Assembly (NCBI GenBank): GCA_964016885.1
Contig: CAXHJY010000794.1
Location: 1 to 52,727 of the forward strand
Direction: 5' to 3'
Source of the DNA: Eledone cirrhosa
Taxonomy: Eukaryota
DNA: 52,727 bases
Position numbers and translations under genes: made by a program. The notes beneath the pieces were generated by a model. That model did not search any database. It had not been told where the DNA came from and saw only the letters and a program-made list of their open reading frames with translations. Positions 43,123 through 52,727 of the stretch are shown in pieces. Every line of letters starts with the position of its first letter. The stretch's first letter is position 1.

Positions 43123-43271
43123 TCATTATCGCATATTTGTACCTATTCTCATCAGCATATCTTTTCATTATTAGTATGGTAATTTAAGGTTATTAATATA
43201 TGTTGAAAAGAGATTGTTTTTATATTTTTCTAACTAGATTAAGGTTTATATAGTTGGGGGATGTCCCTCTT

Positions 43272-45590
43272 TTATGTAATATTCGGCTTGTAGTGGGAAA
43301 AAAGGGTTTTAGTTCTGTGACGGCAGAATAATGTTCGTTCAATTCTGTTATTCAGCAGTTTCTTCTTGTGTGTGATTATGTAATAAATCTCAAGATTACA
43401 CAATTTGCAGAAATTTTGGCTCCTGGAAAAGCTTTGGGTTTTAGCTAATTTTTCCCATTTTAGGGTAAACTTTTGATTGCTATCCCTGAGCGTCCAAGCT
43501 TTCTCTGCTAAAGTTGTTACATTTCTTTGGCTCTGGTGTTTTATTGAGTAAGAATGCCTATACAATCGAGATTTAAACGATGTTGCCGTTGATCCCACGT
43601 AATACCACTCGTTGCCTCCGGATTTAATGGTACACTTATAAATAATATTTTTTTCCAGGCAGTTATTGCCGAGGGGGCAGTTGTCAGGATAGGTGCAGTT
43701 ACAGTTGTGTACGTTGGGTTTTCTCTGGAGTAGTATTGCGGACGAACTTAGGTGTGGTTTATTTATGTTCTGTAGTGTATTGTCTACTGTTTTTTTGGGG
43801 TTCTTTGTACTTAAGTTCTTAGTGTTTTCGTTTAACCTTCTAGTATTGATCTTTTTTATGTGTTGTTCAAGGTTTAACGCTGTAGAGTATGACAGTCTTA
43901 TAGTGGTAGGGTTTAGGATTTTGTGGTATTTGTGTGATGTGGGAAAATGTCTTTTAATTATTTTAAAGAAGAGTACTGGTAAATTTGTACTAATGGAGCT
44001 ATTGTATTCGGGGTTATACCATAAGTACTCTTTGCATCGCTTTCTATTAGTTTTGTTTGTTGGTTTACTGGTGTGCATACTATGGTAGTAAGTGTGGTTT
44101 GGTGTTGTGTTATTATATCTACCTATGTGGGATTTATTTTGGGTGTTTTGATTGTTCCCATCTATGTACTCTATTTTGTTGAGGTAGCCTGCTTTACTAA
44201 GGGCGTTATCGTAGTACTCGGCGTGTTCCTTAAATACTTGTATGTTAGAAGATAGACCCGAGATTCTAAGGGAAATATTTTTAGGGATAGATTTAATTAT
44301 AGAGATGGGGTGGTTAGACCCAACATTTACGTATTTGAGATTTTCATTCAATTTATGAAACGGTTTAATCAAACCAGAGTTTAAATTGAGTGTGACATCC
44401 AGGAAGTTAACTACTTTAAGGTTGTATTCATATGTTATAGTTAGTCCTATTTCGAGTAGTAGTTTTCTTATATCTTTGCGTAGTTTTTCTAGTTTTTGGT
44501 TATTAAGGTTTTTAGCTAGGAGGAGAACATCGTCGCGGTATATTCCGCCGTGGAGATTGCTGAATTTTTCCTGGAGTCTAAAGGCGATAAATAACCCCAC
44601 AATATCAGTTATTTCCGCCGAATCGTTAGAGCCCATTGTTATGTCAAAGTTAGAGGGTCTATCTTTACGTACCCAATAACTGTTCTCTTTGACTATAGTT
44701 TTCCTAGCTTCTAATATAATCTTAATTTCATCGTTTGTAAGGTCGGAGTTATCCTTAGCAAACTTAATGGCTCTATTCAAAGTTTCAGGTGATATCGATG
44801 AGTAATATTCATCGATATCAAACTGGATAAACTTAGATTTATTCTTATTGCTAATGCTATTAAACCATCTTATTGCTTCTTGGGTCTTCCCCCAGAGTTT
44901 AATGTTAACCTTAGCCTTAATTTGGGGGATGATTCTATCTAAGATATATTTGCTTATTTTACCTATATCTGATTTAGAGGGGCAGATTAATCTAATTTTA
45001 GGGTCATTATCAAAGTTTACCTTGTGGTCCTTAAGATTGAAAGTGGGTACCGCCGGTAAGAGTGGTCCTGTCCTATCTTCGATTCCGAGATTTTTCACTA
45101 TTTCGCATGCCTCATCATTGATGTGCTTAAGGGTTACTTCACTCGTTTTTCTATATTTTTTATGTAATTCTTTTCGAATGAAGTTGTTGTATGTAGTGCA
45201 ATCCATAGTGTACAGGTTTGATGTTTTGTCCGCTTTTACTACAATTCCTTTGGTGTTTTTAAGGTCGTCCAGTAGTTTTTTTATATCTTTCTGTAATTTG
45301 CTGTTGGTGTTGCGTCCTTTGAATTTAATTTTAAGGATTAAGTTCATAAGGTCCTGCTCAAATGCATCTAATAGTGGGTTGGTGGGTGGGTTTTTACAAG
45401 TCCTAAAACCGAATTTTTTGTTTACACCACTTTCTAATGTTGAGTTCATACGGCTTCTATCATAGTGGAGCGTTTTCCACCTGACACGTCGAATGAATTC
45501 ATTAGTTTTTTGAATCATGCTCAATAAATATTCCTTTCTACCTTGGGTTGGTATGTTTTTGAGTGACATATCCAGGTAGTGTTTTTCCAT
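43272..45590 (-). CDS. Penelope-like element polyprotein: reverse transcriptase + C-terminal GIY-YIG endonuclease (772 aa, uninterrupted)
   Basis: PLE RT motifs: VKADKT, IRLICPSKSDIG, FIQFDIDEYYSSI, FDITMGSNDSAE, GGIYRDD, VNFLDVTL, YVNVGSNHP. Then CNCx5CPLxxxC linker, IIYKC...YVGST...FKSRLYRH (GIY-YIG), CKLCNLE and terminal LLN..E...CRH. This resembles the Hydra-type C-terminal-EN PLEs; the clade is an inference. Confidence 0.95.
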   Translation of the reverse strand: MEKHYLDMSLKNIPTQGRKEYLLSMIQKTNEFIRRVRWKTLHYDRSRMNSTLESGVNKKFGFRTCKNPPTNPLLDAFEQDLMNLILKIKFKGRNTNSKLQKDIKKLLDDLKNTKGIVVKADKTSNLYTMDCTTYNNFIRKELHKKYRKTSEVTLKHINDEACEIVKNLGIEDRTGPLLPAVPTFNLKDHKVNFDNDPKIRLICPSKSDIGKISKYILDRIIPQIKAKVNIKLWGKTQEAIRWFNSISNKNKSKFIQFDIDEYYSSISPETLNRAIKFAKDNSDLTNDEIKIILEARKTIVKENSYWVRKDRPSNFDITMGSNDSAEITDIVGLFIAFRLQEKFSNLHGGIYRDDVLLLAKNLNNQKLEKLRKDIRKLLLEIGLTITYEYNLKVVNFLDVTLNLNSGLIKPFHKLNENLKYVNVGSNHPISIIKSIPKNISLRISGLSSNIQVFKEHAEYYDNALSKAGYLNKIEYIDGNNQNTQNKSHIGRYNNTTPNHTYYHSMHTSKPTNKTNRKRCKEYLWYNPEYNSSISTNLPVLFFKIIKRHFPTSHKYHKILNPTTIRLSYSTALNLEQHIKKINTRRLNENTKNLSTKNPKKTVDNTLQNINKPHLSSSAILLQRKPNVHNCNCTYPDNCPLGNNCLEKNIIYKCTIKSGGNEWYYVGSTATSFKSRLYRHSYSIKHQSQRNVTTLAEKAWTLRDSNQKFTLKWEKLAKTQSFSRSQNFCKLCNLEIYYIITHKKKLLNNRIERTLFCRHRTKTLFSHYKPNIT

Positions 45591-45754
45591 TGTTGTGGTT
45601 GCGTTTGCTGTGTGGGTTGCTCGACTTTACAGGAGGTAAATATACAGTTTTTTCCGTTGTGTTGTAATATAAATATTACACACAGTAGATTATCAGCTCA
45701 CGTAGAGTTTGCTCGACGGTTCCAGTTGTAGTTCCAAAAGTAATCCGGAGAAAA

Positions 45755-46501
45755 ATAGAAAGATTTGAATGGATACAGTTTAGTTGAAAGGAATTTATTG
45801 ACACGTGTTTCTATAACAGTTACATAACCTAAAACAGCTATCTACAAACTTTTAGTTATGCAGACATTCAATATTTCAATGTTATTGTTTACTGTCATTT
45901 CATCAGAATAATATTACTGAGGACCTATTTAGTTTTTATAGAGAATATTAGGAGGAAGGGGTGAAGTTGTTAGAAGAATAGTTGAAGGAGTGGTTTTTCG
46001 ATAGCAGTGAGAATTCTTGGTGGCAGTGATTAATTAGATTCCCATCTGTTGTTTTGACATTTTTTATAGAATATATTATTGGTTATTTTTCTAAATCTAT
46101 AGAAGGATTAGAGATAGTAAAGATATGCGTGGTTGGTTTTGTGTTTGCACTTAACATTCAGACTTAAATTTTTCTTTCAAGTGTACGTATTCTTTCACCC
46201 ACGCATTCACACACAAATATATTTGCACACCTCTACAAAATACATATACTCACAATTCACATATTCATACTTACATATATATACACATGCATACACATAT
46301 ATATACACACATGTATTCATGTACATACATACGCGCTCATGTGTATACATTTTCATACTCAACTTATCTTTATATATACACACGTATAGACACACACATA
46401 TATACATACATACTCTAGTCCATGTGTACACACATACACATACATACACATCCATATACACATACATACATACACATATATATATACATATATACATATA
46501 C

Positions 46502-46592
<91 letters not shown>

Positions 46593-46708
46593 AGCACTTT
46601 AATACATGAATACACTTACATCTAACTATACACATCAAACATATATATATATTTACTTATTTATATACATTTTCACATATATATACATACTTATGGACGT
46701 TTTTAGAC

Positions 46709-46712
<4 letters not shown>
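45755..46712 (-). repeat. 5' pseudo-LTR of the PLE
   Basis: Direct repeat of 42161-43122. Confidence 0.93.
45795..45911 (-). ncRNA. Identical hammerhead-like fold in the 5' pLTR
   Basis: Same sequence as 42201-42317. Confidence 0.7.
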
Positions 46713-46751
<39 letters not shown>

Positions 46752-47129
46752 TATATATAGAATATATATATATATAGAATATATATATATATAGAATATA
46801 TATATATATAGAATATATATATATATATAGAGAATATATATATATATATATATATATAGAATATATATATATATATATAGAATATATATATATATATATA
46901 TAGAATATATATATATATATATATATAGAATATATATATATATATATATAGAATATATATATATATATATATAGAATATATATATATATATATATAGAAT
47001 ATATATATATATATATATAGAATATATATATATATATATATAGAATATATATATATATATATATAGAATATATAGGGATTTAGAATAGAGACGTATACGA
47101 GAGCCTGCGTATTATTTATTTTTATGGAT

Positions 47130-47232
47130 TCCCACCGAGGTTAACATTGCCTTTCATCCTTACGGGGTCAATAAAATAAAGTACCAATAATGTACTGGGA
47201 TAATTGCTGGCCTTGTGCCAAAAGTAGAAACA
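47130..47232 (+). mobile_element. 5'-truncated SINE with a 19-bp target-site duplication
   Basis: ATTATTTATTTTTATGGAT at 47111-47129 and 47233-47251. Confidence 0.85.
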
Positions 47233-47301
47233 ATTATTTATTTTTATGGATAAAAATATTATATATGCATTCGCATAAGTCTCTATTATGAACACACAGA
47301 T

Positions 47302-47334
<33 letters not shown>

Positions 47335-47368
47335 ATCAGAGAATGATGGAATTATTACAGAAACGGTG

Positions 47369-47426
<58 letters not shown>

Positions 47427-48822
47427 GTGTGTGTTTGTGTTCGTGTGTATATAATTGCATCAAGATCAGCTCTTCTTCACGAAATATATATTTCACTCCG
47501 TAATAGCCCATGTATCATAGCAAACCCTGGTGATATATATAATCGACTTTCTCATCTCTAGCCACTAGACTCTCTTTCGCACAATAATTGCACACAGTTA
47601 ATCTTTGCAACTGATATAAAATGCATTCGTAAATATCAAAACTCTGAGCAGGAATTAGGTTTTACTATCATATTAGTAAACGATTTTAACTTTCGCACTG
47701 GTGGCTCACAAAGACTTGATATATAATATCAGCCTGACATGTTTGTTTCCGAGCTTAAGAACCTTTAAAATATAAAATATTGCTCCGACGTCCTCCCATT
47801 TCGAAAATGTGTATTAGGATCTCGTTTTTGTAACATATAATCACGTAACCTTCGCCTAACAGCAACACATTTAAGTTGGATCACTTTCTCAAGATATCCA
47901 TGGAACCCAATGTAAGGTGAGATAGACATTAAAATGGAGGTCATATGATGAACCAAGCTGAGACCTCTTTCCCGATGTCAATATAACCCTGTCAAAAAAT
48001 TCTCACAACTTACTATACAGAAAACGCCATAAATTGACACTCCTACACTCTCTCTCGCCAATACACACACACTCTCTCTCTGATACATACACATCCCCAC
48101 ATATATATATACGCACATATCCCCTCATACATGAAAAGCAACTACACAAAGGCAAACTAAATAAGTAAATAAATAAATGAATGAATGAATAAGTAAAAGC
48201 CAAAGCAAGTAGACTATTTGATGGTTGAGTTTCGGAAAGCTTCTCTGAAACACGTAAATGTTGAAAAGAAAAGAAAATTAATTTCCTGTATACATAGAGA
48301 TACTGGAAGCGTCAAAATACTATCATACCCCCTTCGAAGAAGTTTAACCATGAAAGTAACATAATTCATAGAGATAACAGGAATTCTATTCGTAAATGGA
48401 AACAATTTGGTTAAACAACTTAACGTTAAGGGTATCATGATACCAGTTCGAAGTAAGACAAAGAAAGCCGCGATAATATACACTGCCTTGCCAGTGAACT
48501 CCGTTGATATTTTCAAAAGAAAATGGCCGTATAAAATATACTTTTACCAGCAGAAAGTATTAGGATAAGGAATAAAACCCCAAGCTTTCTACCATTGTTG
48601 ACACAAGCGAACTGAATAATCTCTAAGCAGTCTCTGAATCGACATTAAAACAAAAAAAACAAAACAAAAAACAAAACAATGGCAGCCAAATCTTCCTTAA
48701 ATTATACTCTACTGTCTTAAAAATAGGAATGGCAATTTCTGTAATGTATTTCAAGATATACTAAAAAGTAGGCCAGTCATAGTAGCATGTAATATGTTTT
48801 CGTTGATGGTATTATGAGGCGA

Positions 48823-49560
48823 AGGCGGAAAATTGGCAGAGTCGTTAGAACGTTGGATAGAATGTTCTGCGGCATTCGATTCGACTCTCTGCTCTCTGAG
48901 TTCAAATCTCACCAAGGATAACTTTGCCTTTCATCCATTCGAGGTCGATAAAAAGTACCAGTTTAGTACTGGGTCGATTCTTCCTCTTTATTTCTTTCTC
49001 AGTTCCATTCTCTCACTCTCTATCCATCTCTGGAAGAAATCTCTAGTATTCAAACCTGGAGAGGAAATGGGTTCCGCAAGGTTTAAAAATGCCCTAGAAA
49101 AGCCGAAAGTCAATACGGTGCCCCTACGACGCCCTCGGGGGTTATGGGACCACGAATGAATGAATTAGGAGGCGGTGAATTGTTTGTAGTTGGAACGTCA
49201 GATTGAATGCTTTACGGTATTTGTTCTGGCACTATGAGTTAAAATCCTTTCGAGGTCAGTTGTGTCTTTTACCCTTTACAGATTGACTAAGAACCTCAGA
49301 CCAAAACAGAATCGATCCCACAGAGTTCAAATCCTCACCGACACCAACTTTGCCTTTTATTTAATCCGGGATCGATGAAAGATAGTGGAAATCCCGTGGT
49401 GAGGATCAACTAATTTCCCTTGTTCCTTCCCAACATCTCTCTCCCCTTCTCAACATATAAAGGTGTAGGTCTTGTTCTCGTGTTAGAATTTATTGTGAAG
49501 GCGATGGATTGCCAGAATTGTTAAAGAAATAGGGGATATGTTTAGCCGTGATATTTTCGA
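48823..49560 (+). mobile_element. Cluster of older, diverged SINE copies (~48823-48978, ~49169-49290, ~49323-49495, head at ~49498)
   Basis: Degenerate AGGCGG..TTGGCAGA heads, GAGTTCAAATC boxes and CTTTGCCTTT..ATCC..GGTCGAT domain. Confidence 0.65.
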
Positions 49561-49669
49561 TCTATCATATATTTAACAGAACGCAACACGCACACATATA
49601 TATTTATATATATAAATACACGTATAGACACACACATGTACACATATTTATATATTTAAATATGTGTAT

Positions 49670-49717
<48 letters not shown>

Positions 49718-50242
49718 GTGTGTGTATATGTAGACCATCATGGAACATAGTTAAACCGTCGACTACAAACAAGTCAGTTTTAATAGGATTCTATGAAGGT
49801 CCGTTGACAAAGCCGCTGTTTCGTATACAACCTTATCTAATGAAGTCACAAACATGTAAATAAGATTCTATGTTATTCATTTTGCTTCAGAAGCAGACGA
49901 TACAAACAGTTAAGTGATTAAGCTTCATTCTCTCGGCTGTCTTGTTTAGAATAGCTTCTATTAATATGTACGACCTCTGCAATAGCATTGCTGATGTTGC
50001 ATGTGTGTATGGGCGTGTGTGTTGCTAGTATTTGTGTTAGTGTATGTTAATATATATGTATGTATGGGTGTGTGCTGCTGTGTTATCTACGAATGTATGT
50101 TTGTGTTGTGTTGGTAGGTGTGTTAGAGTATGCTAATATATATGTATGTGTGTGTTGTTAATATTTGTGTTAGTGTATGTTACTATATATATATGTGTGT
50201 GTGTGTGTAAGAGATAGATAGATAGAGAGAGGTGTCTATTTA

Positions 50243-50311
<69 letters not shown>

Positions 50312-50402
50312 CGCATAGTTTTCCTTGAATGTGAGTTATATATATCGATATCCGCAAACGTGTGTTTATAAACGCATACACACTCACACACATGATTACG
50401 AT

Positions 50403-50488
<86 letters not shown>

Positions 50489-50504
50489 ATTGTACACACA
50501 CACG

Positions 50505-50604
<100 letters not shown>

Positions 50605-50787
50605 TATATACATATATGAAGAGAAACAATGTGAAGAAGACAAAAGAGAATACTGAATTCAGAAAGCGAAGTTATTTACATTAATATTTATTGGAAGCCG
50701 AAAACATAACAAATCGTTTCTCTGTATTTCTCCTTTCCGATCTCTTCTGACGGTAGTAATGACTGTAACAGAAAATACCGATGTGGC

Positions 50788-50860
<73 letters not shown>

Positions 50861-50861
50861 A

Positions 50862-52727
<1,866 letters not shown>

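Larger units (their letters stand above)
42161..46712 (-). mobile_element. Full-length Penelope-like retroelement with direct pseudo-LTRs, inserted in TA-rich satellite
   Basis: ORF 43272-45590 is flanked by near-identical direct repeats 42161-43122 and 45755-46712. Both ends abut (TA)n. Confidence 0.93.

Noticed and set aside
43100-43160. CTGATGA on the minus strand in the PLE 3' UTR
   Set aside because: No GAAA, stem II or stem III arrangement; not a hammerhead.
43693-45465. Plus-strand ORFs overlapping the PLE ORF
   Set aside because: Antisense shadows of the RT coding strand.
42161-46712. LTR retrotransposon interpretation of the ~960-bp direct repeats
   Set aside because: No TG..CA termini, PBS/PPT, gag, protease or integrase. 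RT + GIY-YIG identifies a PLE with pseudo-LTRs.
47460-48540. Possible host exons in unique sequence (ORFs 47765-47956, 48214-48516)
   Set aside because: Stops in all frames over short distances and no recognisable domain.

Overview
AT-rich eukaryotic non-genic (intergenic or intronic) DNA, most likely from an octopus or other coleoid cephalopod. That assignment is inferred from the SINE family and the extreme (TA)n/(CA)n content. No host gene can be supported, and nearly all listed ORFs are microsatellite artefacts. The real content is retroelements: (1) a near-intact, very young Penelope-like element (PLE) at 42161-46712 (-), with a 772-aa RT + C-terminal GIY-YIG ORF and ~960-bp direct pseudo-LTRs; (2) a decayed, 5'-truncated related PLE (~8800-11270); (3) an R4/Dong-type RLE non-LTR fragment inside (TATG)n; (4) a CR1-like 3' end duplicated in inverted orientation; (5) about ten tRNA-derived SINE copies; (6) several minisatellites. 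The most striking feature is a set of short non-coding fold-back elements inserted in (TA)n. They come from several sequence-unrelated families but share one architecture: inverted arm, spacer, direct arm, short unique tail. Most carry type-I hammerhead ribozyme folds, often one per strand. These include non-canonical cores (U3-A8 covariation, U.U at the stem II base, CAGAAGA) and greatly extended stem II. All ribozyme calls are hand-folded and untested.
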